Virus record (IMG/VR): IMGVR_UViG_3300025030_000103
Location: 1 to 63,362 of that record
Length of the DNA: 63,362 bases
Direction: 5' to 3' (one strand)
From: a virus
Lineage: Duplodnaviria; Caudoviricetes
The position numbers were made by a program, and so were the translations under genes. Below, in pieces: positions 1 through 9,476 of this stretch. The notes beneath the pieces are model-generated. The model did no database searches. It was not told where the DNA came from and saw only the letters and a list, made by a program, of their open reading frames with translations. Position 1 is the first letter of the stretch. Each line of letters opens with the position of its first letter.

Positions 1-127
1 TGCCGAGTAGACCAGAGCCGCACAACGCATTTTCGCCTCTGTGGCGTTTCAAACTCGCATGGCTGGTACTCACCGGGAAAGCCGACTGCTTAACATGGGA
101 AGCAAGAGCGGCAGGAGGTGGGGAGTG
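1..127 (+). repeat. 127-bp exact direct repeat, copy 1
   Basis: tgccgagtag...ggtggggagtg is identical to 45721-45847; the copies diverge at the next base. Confidence 0.98.
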
Positions 128-313
128 GGTGATTTACCTGATAAATTTTGGTCAGTGCCACAGACGGCTTCTACAACCATGACACGTAAGCAGTTGCAAG
201 ACGTGCTGCTGCGTCACGATGGGGCTATTTTAGCGTGCGGCTATATGTGGGATATCAAGTCAAAAAGTATCGGCCCTGGAGTATATAAAGTCACGCTGCA
301 GAGACAAGCATAA
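125..313 (+). CDS. Small hypothetical protein (GTG start)
   Basis: GGAGGT RBS at 114-119 precedes GTG 125. This is the 3' part of track ORF 41..313. Confidence 0.6.
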   Translation: MGDLPDKFWSVPQTASTTMTRKQLQDVLLRHDGAILACGYMWDIKSKSIGPGVYKVTLQRQA

Positions 314-317
314 GGAG

Positions 318-812
318 GTGGGGAGAATGGCTAAACCTAAGCTGATCTGTAGCCATTGGTACTACGAAGAAGCGGAGATAAACGACGAAATGGAAACCCT
401 CCGCGCCGAACTCACCAAAGCACAGGAGAGGGTGAATGAGAGAGATGAAGACTTGGCGGCACTGTGGAGAATTTATCATCACGCCGTTAAGGAGTTAGAA
501 AAAGCAAGAGATGAGCGCGACCAGCTCAAGGGGGAGAGGGATGAACTACTTGCAGAGGCCGCACCGGATAGCTGCAACTGCGAGGGACCGTGCGACCACG
601 CCATAGAAGCGCCTCATCTTTCAGTCGCCATCGACCTTGTGGAACGCACAGCCTACCGCCAAGGCTTCGAGGATTGCAGGGAGGCGGCGGCAATCGCGGC
701 AGATGAGTACGCAGAAAAGTGCATGTTGTACGACGAGACTGACGGTATAGAAAAAGAAGCCATTGGTTGTGTGATCCGCGCCCTGTCAGTGCCGGAGAGG
801 GAGGTTAAATAA
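318..812 (+). CDS. Ea22/Ead-like coiled-coil accessory protein
   Basis: Coiled-coil N-half; shares blocks DQLKxERDE, AYRQGFEDCREA and IRALxVPER with 46157..46609. Start may be ATG 327. Confidence 0.6.
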   Translation: MGRMAKPKLICSHWYYEEAEINDEMETLRAELTKAQERVNERDEDLAALWRIYHHAVKELEKARDERDQLKGERDELLAEAAPDSCNCEGPCDHAIEAPHLSVAIDLVERTAYRQGFEDCREAAAIAADEYAEKCMLYDETDGIEKEAIGCVIRALSVPEREVK

Positions 813-814
813 TC

Positions 815-1663
815 TTGCAAACTCAAGAAAAACCGCGAAGAAGAATCCTCTCTATAGAAGCCCGAGGCTCAACCCTTTTGAAAATCTTCACCGTTTTAGA
901 AGAGAAGGGAGTTGAGGTAAAAAACCTCTCAACCGCCATGCTAAGTTTTATAAACCTCCATCTGGAGCCGTATAATATCTTTGTCCCGCCGGACGAAGCT
1001 AAGTGCGAAGCTTTATTAGCGGAGAAGGTTAAGTTATCTGGCCATATGCGAAATGAGCGGATTAGAGCACAACAGCACTCTGCTCACACAACGGTGTCTA
1101 ACGGACAGAAAGCGACAAGAGAAGCAAAGGAGAATCTTTCAAGAGCCTTAACCGATAGTGACTTTTCGCCGATACATGTAATGGACCCGGCAAAACCTAT
1201 GCCCAGTGAAACAACTTTACAATTCGGCGAAAGATTGCATTCAAATTTCGAAGCGAATCTGGTGGATGTGGATGATCTCTTGAGAAAGGCAAAAGAGATG
1301 CCTATTGAGGACATCTATCCATCGAGCAAACCAGCTATTAATGGCTTCGATGATCTTGAGGAAATTATCAAAGGTGTTTTGGAAGAACAGAAGTTGGAAG
1401 AAGAGATAGATCTTCTTAGCAAGATAACCATCGGAAACATAGAAGACCTCCCGATGGTTGCTATCAAGAAGCAAACACCGAAGGCTCTTGATATCCGCGA
1501 TCCAAGGTTGAAGGATGATAAGCTTTGGAAGACCTTCTCAGGTGAAGCCGATGAAGCTAAGATGTTTGCTCTAAGGATTGTCTATTACAACTTACCCGAA
1601 GAATATTGGTCTTCGAAGAAAGCCGAAGAGATGCTTCTCTATATTCTCAACAACCTACCCTAG
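815..1663 (+). CDS. Hypothetical protein, 282 aa
   Basis: Long ORF; GGAGG upstream of a TTG start. Confidence 0.75.
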   Translation: MQTQEKPRRRILSIEARGSTLLKIFTVLEEKGVEVKNLSTAMLSFINLHLEPYNIFVPPDEAKCEALLAEKVKLSGHMRNERIRAQQHSAHTTVSNGQKATREAKENLSRALTDSDFSPIHVMDPAKPMPSETTLQFGERLHSNFEANLVDVDDLLRKAKEMPIEDIYPSSKPAINGFDDLEEIIKGVLEEQKLEEEIDLLSKITIGNIEDLPMVAIKKQTPKALDIRDPRLKDDKLWKTFSGEADEAKMFALRIVYYNLPEEYWSSKKAEEMLLYILNNLP

Positions 1664-1681
1664 AAAAAGGAGAAACCTGTA

Positions 1682-1873
1682 ATGAAATGCACAGACTTGA
1701 CGCCGGAAAAGGAGATGGCAATTGCTATAGAAGTTTGCAACCTTCACCCTCATAAGGCCTTAATAGCATCATGGCGCCCTCGCTTCTTTGTTATAAGAAA
1801 AGGCTGGGGTTCTCTTCGAAGGAGATTAGAAAAAGCAGATAAGGAGGCATTGAAAGATGGGAATGTATACTGA
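1682..1873 (+). CDS. Hypothetical protein
   Basis: AGGAG RBS; operon position. Confidence 0.6.
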   Translation: MKCTDLTPEKEMAIAIEVCNLHPHKALIASWRPRFFVIRKGWGSLRRRLEKADKEALKDGNVY

Positions 1874-2246
1874 GTTGGTTATAAAGGCAGATGTTCGGGC
1901 GGATATAACTGAGCAAGAGAAGAAAGTTCTAAACTTCCTCTTCAATAGGTCCGAAGAGCCATCTATTGAAGAACTCCCTCTTCATAAGTTTTTCATGGAA
2001 GTTCGTTGGAGATACATAGGTGACAGTTGTAGCTACTACCATATCCCATGGTCTACAAGTCGCTATCATGAAGATTATATCTTCAGCAGGAGTGATCTAA
2101 AGAACTATGGAACAGAGATCGAAAGTTTCTTAGATTGGATAGATCCGTTACTCGATAACGAAGAGGGTTCTTGCATAGGTTATTGGTGGTACGAAGAAGA
2201 TAAGGTACCTAATCTTGTATACAAACAAGGAGGCAAGAAGCAATGA
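1857..2246 (+). CDS. Hypothetical phage protein
   Basis: AAGGAGG RBS; overlaps its neighbours. Confidence 0.75.
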   Translation: MGMYTELVIKADVRADITEQEKKVLNFLFNRSEEPSIEELPLHKFFMEVRWRYIGDSCSYYHIPWSTSRYHEDYIFSRSDLKNYGTEIESFLDWIDPLLDNEEGSCIGYWWYEEDKVPNLVYKQGGKKQ

Positions 2247-2455
2247 GAATTAGGATAACAGACATATGGGAAATGTCATGGCACTATGATAATAAAGAGA
2301 ACCTTATAGGTAAGTGCGCAGATGTGAATCCAAAACTACCACAACGAGAAGACGGATTCTTTTATGGAAATATAAAATTCCTATCTCCCAAACTCAAGAA
2401 CGTAGATCATATACACGGCTTTAAATTCGAGAGAGTCTATAAGGGGAGGTCTTAG
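2243..2455 (+). CDS. Hypothetical protein
   Basis: ATGA coupling to the upstream gene; RBS present. Confidence 0.65.
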   Translation: MRIRITDIWEMSWHYDNKENLIGKCADVNPKLPQREDGFFYGNIKFLSPKLKNVDHIHGFKFERVYKGRS

Positions 2456-2608
2456 TTATGTTAGATAGTCTTATCCTGTTAGGATCTATATTAGTACTTC
2501 TAAGTATTCTAGCCATAATAATATTATGGTGCAGATATCTTTGGGTAGTCTTCACAACTAGCGATTGGTTCCTAGGTCTTAATTCTATCAAAAGAAGGGA
2601 GAGAAAAG

Positions 2609-3550
2609 ATGGCTAATCGTATAACATTAGATAGCCCCTTCCGGCCTATGCGAGCGGTTAAGGTAAGAGACAAAGACTCTCATAAAGTTCGCCTTCCGAG
2701 TTGGGTCGGACCTAAGTTTGATGGCATTCGAGGTGCAATCAAAAACGGAGTGGTTCTCTCAAACACCCTTATACCGATACCCAATAGGTATATACAGAAG
2801 GTCCTAGGTAGACCAGAATACGAGGGCTTTGACTGTGAGCTGATTGTCCGCGATAGCACTTTTAATCAGACAACAAGTGGGATCATGTCTGAAGACGGTA
2901 TCCCCGACTTCGAGGCGCAGGTCTTTGATCTCTGGAACCTCTACGACATGCCGTTTGAAACGCGCTATACAATGCTCCAGATTCTCTGCAAGGAAACAGA
3001 TCATATAAAGCTCATAGAGCAGAGACTCTGCACAACTTGGGAGGAAGTTCTCGAGGCTGAGGTGGAATACCTAGAAGAGGGCTACGAAGGGATTTGCGGG
3101 CGCTACTATAATGCCCCATATAAGTTCGGCCGCGGGACCTTCAATGATGGCTGTCTATGGAAACGAAAACCCTTTGAAGATGGCGAAGCTATGATTATAG
3201 GTTTCGAGGAACAGTTGGAGAATCTGAATGAAGCGATTATCGATGAGAGAGGTTTATCTAAACGATCTAGCCATCAGGCTAATAAAACAGGCAAAGGTAC
3301 GCTCGGAAAACTCATCTGTCATTCAAATGAGTTTGGAGAGATCAAGATCGGGACTGGAACAGGCCTTACACAACAACTCAGACAGTTTATCTGGGACAAC
3401 CAGGGGCTCTTCTTAAACAAGTTTTTCACCTACAAGTTTCAAAGAATCGGAACTCTTAATAAACCGCGCATAGCTGTTTTGGATAAAGACAGCTGTTTTG
3501 AGTTTATGAGGATGAGAGACTTTAGAGATATCCCGAGGGAGGGTCTTTAA
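2609..3550 (+). CDS. lig: ATP-dependent DNA ligase
   Basis: Motif I PKFDGIR, motif III FDCEL, VFDL, motif IV EGYEG, motif V WKRKP, and a C-terminal OB-fold with IGTG. Confidence 0.93.
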   Translation: MANRITLDSPFRPMRAVKVRDKDSHKVRLPSWVGPKFDGIRGAIKNGVVLSNTLIPIPNRYIQKVLGRPEYEGFDCELIVRDSTFNQTTSGIMSEDGIPDFEAQVFDLWNLYDMPFETRYTMLQILCKETDHIKLIEQRLCTTWEEVLEAEVEYLEEGYEGICGRYYNAPYKFGRGTFNDGCLWKRKPFEDGEAMIIGFEEQLENLNEAIIDERGLSKRSSHQANKTGKGTLGKLICHSNEFGEIKIGTGTGLTQQLRQFIWDNQGLFLNKFFTYKFQRIGTLNKPRIAVLDKDSCFEFMRMRDFRDIPREGL

Positions 3551-4039
3551 GATGCGAATGCCAAGATGTCGATACTGTAACAGGGAAATGGAGTGGTCAA
3601 CTCGACTCAAAGAGTACAGATGTAATTGCTCAGAGTTTAAAGAGGCGGATACAGCTGAGTACAACAAGCAAAGACAGGAAGAGGATTAACCTTTCAATTC
3701 AAATTTCAAACAGAAACTAATGGAGGTTTTATAAGATGAGCTTTTTACCTAGAACTGCAAAACCGAAAACAAAGGTATATTTCATATGCACTTTAACCTT
3801 ACCCGAGATAGAAACAGAAAGTGCTGATGATATCGAGACACTTGCGGATATCGCAAGAAAGTTTAATGGCAAATTAACTGTAGAAACCCAAATAGAGGAG
3901 GCAAACTAATAGATATAAATTAAAATCCATAGAAAGAAAAAAAGGATTGTAATCTATGTAACCATATGGTAATGTAATGTTTCGATGATTGACGAAGCCT
4001 TGGCAACAAGGCAAAAACCCAAAAAGGAGATTGTACAAA

Positions 4040-4477
4040 ATGGCAAAAACTAAGTTCGTAACCGCAGAAGGCACGGCTGTAAAGGAAGTACGCAACGAAG
4101 CTGGTGAAGTTGTAACTGCAGGCTATACCCCCCGCACTGTTGAGTGTGAATACAACTTCGGCGAGACCGTCGAAGAGGCAATCGAACTCTTCGGTAAAGA
4201 GGTTGTCTTCTCGGCATTCCTCGCAGCTGCTAAGGTCGATGCTCAGTCGCTGGTTCGTCGCAAACTCAAAACCAACGTACCTGCTGTCGAAGGCGTCTCG
4301 GCGGAGCGCCCCTACACTGATGCCGAAATCCAGGAGGCTCTCAGCCAGTGGAAGCCGGGCGTTAAGGCTGAAAGGGCCGCGGCATCTGTAACCGACAAAG
4401 CAGAGGCTCTTCTCACCAAGATGACCGAGGCACAGAAAGCTGAGTTCCTTGAGAAGCTCATGGCGATGGCTCAGTAG
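4040..4477 (+). CDS. Hypothetical Ala/Glu/Lys-rich protein; probable paralog of 40508..40942
   Basis: AAGGAG RBS before ATG 4040; followed by a hairpin and a terminator. Confidence 0.8.
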   Translation: MAKTKFVTAEGTAVKEVRNEAGEVVTAGYTPRTVECEYNFGETVEEAIELFGKEVVFSAFLAAAKVDAQSLVRRKLKTNVPAVEGVSAERPYTDAEIQEALSQWKPGVKAERAAASVTDKAEALLTKMTEAQKAEFLEKLMAMAQ

Positions 4478-4550
4478 TAGAAGCAAAGAAAATCTCGCCT
4501 TACAAAACGCTAATCCAGTCCATCAGCTGGAACACGTAAGGGAGATTTTG

Positions 4551-4589
4551 AATAGAGGGAGGTTGAAATAAAGGCCTCCCTCTATTTTT
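4551..4589 (+). terminator. Rho-independent terminator
   Basis: aatagagggagg...cctccctctattttt stem plus T-tract. Confidence 0.85.
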
Positions 4590-4653
4590 GTCCTTGGAAC
4601 TAAAAAATCACATTTGAGCGTTTATCACAACTAACAATAAGGGAGGTTTCTAG

Positions 4654-4989
4654 ATGCGCTGGAATCAAGTTGATAAGAGTTTTAACCTCGAGAGTTTGAA
4701 AGGTAAAGTTGTAACAAATATCGAAGCCGAGTACGAAGGCGATACTTGTAAATCCCTCCTTCTAGAGCTTGACGGCTCTCCTCTTTGTGTCAAATTTTCT
4801 TGGGAAACCTTGAAACTTATGACCCCGCAGAAAACCTATCGAATAACGGGCAAGATTCCCGTTGGAAATCTTTTCGCTACCATAGACCCGATCGACAAAG
4901 CCACTGAAGACGAAGCGAAAGCTGCTCTAGAAGATCTCTTGTTGGAGCATCCAGCTTTTGAGGGCGGAATCGAGATTATCAACGCATAA
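4654..4989 (+). CDS. Hypothetical protein
   Basis: GGGAGG RBS. Confidence 0.75.
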   Translation: MRWNQVDKSFNLESLKGKVVTNIEAEYEGDTCKSLLLELDGSPLCVKFSWETLKLMTPQKTYRITGKIPVGNLFATIDPIDKATEDEAKAALEDLLLEHPAFEGGIEIINA

Positions 4990-5001
4990 CGGAGTTCGAC
5001 A

Positions 5002-5322
5002 ATGCCAACCGTCTTTGTACCCAACCAAGGTGCTCATGATTTCTCAGATGCAGAGAGATACGGAACCTTGAGATATGTAACCAAAGGTATGCTCAGCAAA
5101 CACGCCCTGGGTATAATGACCAGAGCTTGGGAGGATGTTCTTGCTGATAGCAAGGAAGAAGATTTTATTCTCTTAACATCTTTAACAACCCTCTGCAGTG
5201 TAGGCTGTGCCATATTCGCTTTTAAACACGGAAAGCTTAATCTACTCATGTATAGGAACGGCCGCTATATGAGTAGGACAATTCTCTTAGATCGGGAGGT
5301 TTCTCATGAAGGTGCAGTGTAA
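5002..5322 (+). CDS. Hypothetical phage protein (alpha/beta)
   Basis: GGAG RBS; compact ORF. Confidence 0.75.
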   Translation: MPTVFVPNQGAHDFSDAERYGTLRYVTKGMLSKHALGIMTRAWEDVLADSKEEDFILLTSLTTLCSVGCAIFAFKHGKLNLLMYRNGRYMSRTILLDREVSHEGAV

Positions 5323-5509
5323 TAAAGCTGATGTGTGTGTTATAGATATCTGCCCTCATAGAGCTATACATAGCACAGATGGTTTCGAATATGAAGAAGA
5401 GACTGATGAAGGAGATTTTGCACTCACCTGCAGTTGCTTCGACGAAACAACTTGCCCGCAATTCCCAGGTGAAACAGTAACCTGTCTTGAGGTAAAAGAA
5501 AAAGATTAA
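5306..5509 (+). CDS. Small Cys-rich acidic protein
   Basis: GGAGG RBS; several Cys; stop codon lies inside a 29-bp palindrome copy. Confidence 0.6.
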   Translation: MKVQCNKADVCVIDICPHRAIHSTDGFEYEEETDEGDFALTCSCFDETTCPQFPGETVTCLEVKEKD

Positions 5510-5672
5510 ATTCAAATTTCGAATTGAAACTTAGGAGAGCTTATGCCAGTGTATAATACGCACAAGTGCGATACCTGTGACTGGACTACAAATAGCTTCA
5601 TAGAAGATGCAACGATCAAATGTAAGAATCCAAAGTGTTCAGGCACTATGCATCTTAGGAGGTAAATTCAAA

Positions 5673-6716
5673 GTGAACGATACCGACCTCAACCCAGCTT
5701 ATGCAATAACAACAGTGGATGCTGCGAAGGAGCTTAAGTTAAGTGGCATGAGTACGCCCTCGGGCAAAAGGTTCTTCGATAACAGTATGCTCGACGTCAT
5801 GAGGGTTTGCCCTCGAAAATTCTACTTCCGCCACATCAGACATTGGGAGACTTCAGGGATTAGAGTCCCTCTCATCTTCGGCAGCGCCTGGCACGCGGCG
5901 ATGGACTTCCTCTGGAATAATGTAAACAGCCTTAACGACTACCAACTCCTCGAGGGTGCGTCTTGTGAGTTTATAAAAACCTGGAAAGTTATGGGTATGA
6001 CAGACTCATTAGACTTCGATACCTTCCCAAGAACGCCAGCTCGTGCGGTTTCGATGCTGGAAGAGTATATCAGAACATATCGAAGTCAACTCGAGCGTAT
6101 ACAGTTGATGGAAACCGAAACAGCCTTTGTTGTGCCTCTTTCTTTAGACAATGCAAACATCTTCTACATAGGCAAGTGGGATAAGGTTTTCCGAGATCGA
6201 CTGGGCATAACAATCTGCGATCATAAAACCGCTTCGAGTATGCAAAGTAGTTGGATAAACTCCTTCTCGCCGAACGGCCAGATGGATGGCTATCTTCACG
6301 CTGGGCATATGACCTACGGAGATGAGATGCACGGAGTCTTGATCGACGGAGCTCTGGTTTCGAAAACAAAGATTGACTTCCAGAGAATCCCTCTGCAGAG
6401 GCAAACAAGTCAACTTAATGCATGGGTCTGGGAAGTTACAGATCTGATTGACATGATTGAGTTGAATGAGGAAAGGCTTCTTGAGTACAGAGCAAGCGGT
6501 GATCGCCTTGACTATCTACCAGCTTTCCCTAAGTGCACTACAAGTTGCACTCAATATTTCGGCACTTGTCCTTATCATGATCTATGTCAGTTCTGGGAGA
6601 ATCCGGAGCACAAAGAGATTCCGGATAATATGCAGAGTGCAACTTGGGTTCCTTTTAATATTACTGAGAACTTAGATGGCACCGTAACTTGTACCCCAAC
6701 AGCGGAGGCTAGCTAG
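5673..6716 (+). CDS. PD-(D/E)xK Cas4/AddB-like exonuclease
   Basis: CPRKFYF, GSAWH, ETE, D..DHKT, Q..GY and a C-terminal Cys cluster (C..SC...CPYHDLC). AGGAGG RBS before GTG 5673. Confidence 0.85.
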   Translation: MNDTDLNPAYAITTVDAAKELKLSGMSTPSGKRFFDNSMLDVMRVCPRKFYFRHIRHWETSGIRVPLIFGSAWHAAMDFLWNNVNSLNDYQLLEGASCEFIKTWKVMGMTDSLDFDTFPRTPARAVSMLEEYIRTYRSQLERIQLMETETAFVVPLSLDNANIFYIGKWDKVFRDRLGITICDHKTASSMQSSWINSFSPNGQMDGYLHAGHMTYGDEMHGVLIDGALVSKTKIDFQRIPLQRQTSQLNAWVWEVTDLIDMIELNEERLLEYRASGDRLDYLPAFPKCTTSCTQYFGTCPYHDLCQFWENPEHKEIPDNMQSATWVPFNITENLDGTVTCTPTAEAS

Positions 6717-6923
6717 ATGCAAGAGACTACAAATGTAAAGTGCGATTGCGGGAGCTTCATAGTCAGAACAGACGAAGGCAACTGGAATTACATCTGCCCA
6801 GATTGCAAACAAGAGTTCTTCGATAGCAGTTTATGCAGATGGAAGATGAACAAGACTGACACCACTAACACAAAGAAGGCAAATCTTGCCATCTAATACA
6901 ACAACACAAAGGAGATTTTTACA

Positions 6924-7190
6924 ATGATCAGAGACCTCACAATCCACCCTGTTTTGAATGGCTTTGTAGTTCAAGTCGGTTGCCAGACTTTGGTGTTTAA
7001 AAAGTTGGCGCATATGACAGCTGAGATTGAACGATACTATGGGAACCCTGAGCAAGTAGAGAAGGAATACATAGCTACCGCAGTTAATAAAACTAAGGGA
7101 GAGCCTGCAGGTATAGCCACACTTAATAGAGCGTATGCCGGCCAAACAGAGCAAGAAGAATCCTGCTGCGCTACGGAAAGGAGCTTCTAA
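6924..7190 (+). CDS. Hypothetical protein
   Basis: AAGGAG RBS; TAATG coupling to the next gene. Confidence 0.7.
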   Translation: MIRDLTIHPVLNGFVVQVGCQTLVFKKLAHMTAEIERYYGNPEQVEKEYIATAVNKTKGEPAGIATLNRAYAGQTEQEESCCATERSF

Positions 7191-8026
7191 TGCCCCATGC
7201 ATCTGCTATGGAAAAGCCAGCTAGAAACAACTTCCTCCTTTACGGAGACATAGGCTCAGGGAAGACAACTGCTTTTCGTACAATCCCTGGTAGAAAGTTC
7301 CTCTACATGTTCGACCCGGCAGGTTTGTCTTCGATCAAAGGTACGGATGATATCCACTATGAAGCCTTCATGCCTGAGAATATCTCAATGTCTGTATCTA
7401 CTCTCAAAGGTGTGAAGGATTCCTCTGCTCCACGTTACGAAGCTAATGATGTTTACTCCAAGTGGGAGAATGACTTCGAGAGAAGGCTCAAGGCGAACTG
7501 GTTCGCTGATCCCAACTCTGAGATAGACGGCGTAAAGGGAGGCTTCGATGCAGTTGGATTTGACAGTATTACTACTCTTAACGACCTTCTCATGGATCGT
7601 ATCCTGGAGATTAACGGACGAGCTGGCAAGCAGCCGGAGATCAGCGACTACGGAGTTGCTGCTAACGCTCTCGCTCGTATCATCCGTAACGCTAACGGTC
7701 AAGGTTGTTTTGTATTTTTTACCGGCCACGAGAACGCTGCCCAAGACAAGCTTATGAAGACCGTCAAGATCCAGCTCATGGTAGCTGGTCAACTTAAACA
7801 GAAACTTCCGATCCTCTTCTCTGACATCTACCACTGTCATGCAGACGTAGTCAATGGGCAGGTAAAGTATCTTATCGACACCGTCCCTACGGATATGTAC
7901 CCAACTGCAAGATGCAGCATGGAGCTTCCTCCGACCTTAGATATTACAATTCCTGCAAACTCTTCCGACGTAACAAAGTTCGGCCTTGGGAAGATCTTGC
8001 GGGAGAAGGGTATCTGGACGGATTAA
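7190..8026 (+). CDS. Sak4-like AAA_24 ATPase (recombination)
   Basis: Walker A GDIGSGKT, Walker B-like FDSIT, TGHE; lies between the nuclease and the SSB. Confidence 0.82.
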   Translation: MPHASAMEKPARNNFLLYGDIGSGKTTAFRTIPGRKFLYMFDPAGLSSIKGTDDIHYEAFMPENISMSVSTLKGVKDSSAPRYEANDVYSKWENDFERRLKANWFADPNSEIDGVKGGFDAVGFDSITTLNDLLMDRILEINGRAGKQPEISDYGVAANALARIIRNANGQGCFVFFTGHENAAQDKLMKTVKIQLMVAGQLKQKLPILFSDIYHCHADVVNGQVKYLIDTVPTDMYPTARCSMELPPTLDITIPANSSDVTKFGLGKILREKGIWTD

Positions 8027-8063
8027 CCATAGTAGAGACGTCGAAAACAAAGGAGGTGAGAAC

Positions 8064-8195
8064 ATGGCTGTTATGAAAAGCTGCGCTAATACCGACTGCA
8101 AGTATCAGGACGAGAACGCAGAAGGTAACTGCACCCTCGAGGAAATCACGCTTGACAACTGCGGAGATTGCGAACAACTGGACGAAGAAGAGTAG
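8064..8195 (+). CDS. Small Cys-rich protein
   Basis: AGGAGGTG RBS; MAVMKSCANTDCKY... Confidence 0.6.
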   Translation: MAVMKSCANTDCKYQDENAEGNCTLEEITLDNCGDCEQLDEEE

Positions 8196-8270
8196 TTTAA
8201 ATTCGAATTTCAAATCGAATCTAAACACAAACGAAACCTCAACCAAACAAAAGAAAAGGGAGAAACACAG

Positions 8271-8657
8271 ATGAGCTTTATCGACATGGAACTGGATGCA
8301 ATCGAAGAAGACAAGCCGGTAGCTGAAGGGGAGTACAGCCTGGTTATCACCGACGTCAAGGAGAAGCAGGATGAAAGTGGCAACAGCAAAGGCCTGCTGG
8401 TGATCCTTGAAGTTGAAGGCGCAACCGGCGCTGCCAACGTCCTCCACAACATCAGCTTCCCTCTCGCTCATGACGACGAGAGCAAGAAGAAAAACAAGCT
8501 CCTCTTCATGAAGCGCTTCCTCGTTCAGTTCGGTATTCCGTTCCAAGGAGGCATCGACCTTACCCGCTTCCCCGGCGCTCGCGCCAAGTGCTTCCTGACT
8601 CAGGATGAGTATCAGGGAGTTGTTTCTAACAAAATCAAGTTGCCGATGATGAAGTAA
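8271..8657 (+). CDS. Single-stranded DNA-binding protein (DUF669-like)
   Basis: PVAEGEYSLVITDV start and YQG..SNKIK end; follows the Sak4-like gene. Confidence 0.75.
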   Translation: MSFIDMELDAIEEDKPVAEGEYSLVITDVKEKQDESGNSKGLLVILEVEGATGAANVLHNISFPLAHDDESKKKNKLLFMKRFLVQFGIPFQGGIDLTRFPGARAKCFLTQDEYQGVVSNKIKLPMMK

Positions 8658-8753
8658 ACAAATGCGCCTGCAGCAATTAAGCCGAGGTTAGAACTATGGT
8701 TCTTGATCGTAAACGACTTGAGGCGGCGTAGTCCTCGGGCAGGTGCAGAACAC

Positions 8754-8798
8754 AAAGAGGGAGAGTTGGTTCTTAAACAAATCAGCTCTCCCTTTTTT
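8754..8798 (+). terminator. Rho-independent terminator
   Basis: agagggagagttggtt...atcagctctccctttttt. Confidence 0.8.
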
Positions 8799-8823
8799 GT
8801 CTCAATTTTCGAAGGGAGGTTTT

Positions 8824-9018
8824 ATGAAACTTGGCAGGATTACAACCTGTGACTGTTGTACAAAGCAAATAGTAAGAGGGAGCGGAACACCTGATAAATA
8901 CGTTACATACGGGCCGATTACGTTGTTAGGAATAAACCAACATGCCTGTAGAAGTTGTGCAGAAGATTTAGATGAAAACGGGCTCTTCCCGGAGGAGGCT
9001 GCTCAATGCCTCGTGTAA
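8824..9018 (+). CDS. Small Cys-rich (CxxC...CxxC) protein
   Basis: GGGAGG RBS; CDCC...CRSC. Confidence 0.6.
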   Translation: MKLGRITTCDCCTKQIVRGSGTPDKYVTYGPITLLGINQHACRSCAEDLDENGLFPEEAAQCLV

Positions 9019-9212
9019 GCATCATTATCGAAGACTCACTAGATCAGAGAATGAACAAGTTCCTTCCATGGGGCGTGAAGAACAAAGTAATGGAAGCTCT
9101 TTGTGAAAATCTCTGTGATGCAGTTGAAACTCATGGGAAGGAATTGGTAGGTTTGATTCTCAACAAAGATTGGAATGCCGTAACTAAACATGTTTCTAAG
9201 AAGGAGGTATAA
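9006..9212 (+). CDS. Possible ribbon-helix-helix DNA-binding protein
   Basis: N-terminal alternating strand RVSIII followed by helices; GGAGG RBS. Confidence 0.5.
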   Translation: MPRVSIIIEDSLDQRMNKFLPWGVKNKVMEALCENLCDAVETHGKELVGLILNKDWNAVTKHVSKKEV

Positions 9213-9214
9213 CA

Positions 9215-9433
9215 GTGGCTTTACTAGAAGACATTGTAACTACAATAAGCGAAATGTCTGATGAAGAGCTTTTCGAAGCTTTAAAGGATATCAGACACAA
9301 TCGTACTAAAGAAACAATAATCCTCACTAAAGCAAGAGAAAAGAAGAACAGTGCAGATAAGGTTCTCGCAAATATGACTCCGGAAATGGCTAGAGCTCTA
9401 CTGGCTCAGATGGGAGTTGAACTTCCGAAGTAA
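9215..9433 (+). CDS. Small helical hypothetical protein
   Basis: AAGGAGG RBS; GTG start. Confidence 0.7.
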   Translation: MALLEDIVTTISEMSDEELFEALKDIRHNRTKETIILTKAREKKNSADKVLANMTPEMARALLAQMGVELPK

Positions 9434-9476
9434 CTTTGAATTTAAAATTTGAACATAAACTTAGGAGGATAAAATA

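Noticed and set aside
41-124. N-terminal extensions of track ORFs 41..313 and 45761..45997
   Set aside because: They are out-of-frame overlaps with the 45624..45848 gene. RBS position supports GTG starts at 125 and 45845.
1-127. 127-bp repeat as attL/attR or a biological terminal repeat
   Set aside because: It begins mid-gene at the window edge, no integrase or tRNA was seen, and its length equals a common assembler k-mer.
8663-8747. tRNA or hammerhead ribozyme
   Set aside because: No TTC-RA T-loop or CCA end, and no CUGANGA/GAAA core. Kept only as an unclassified structure.
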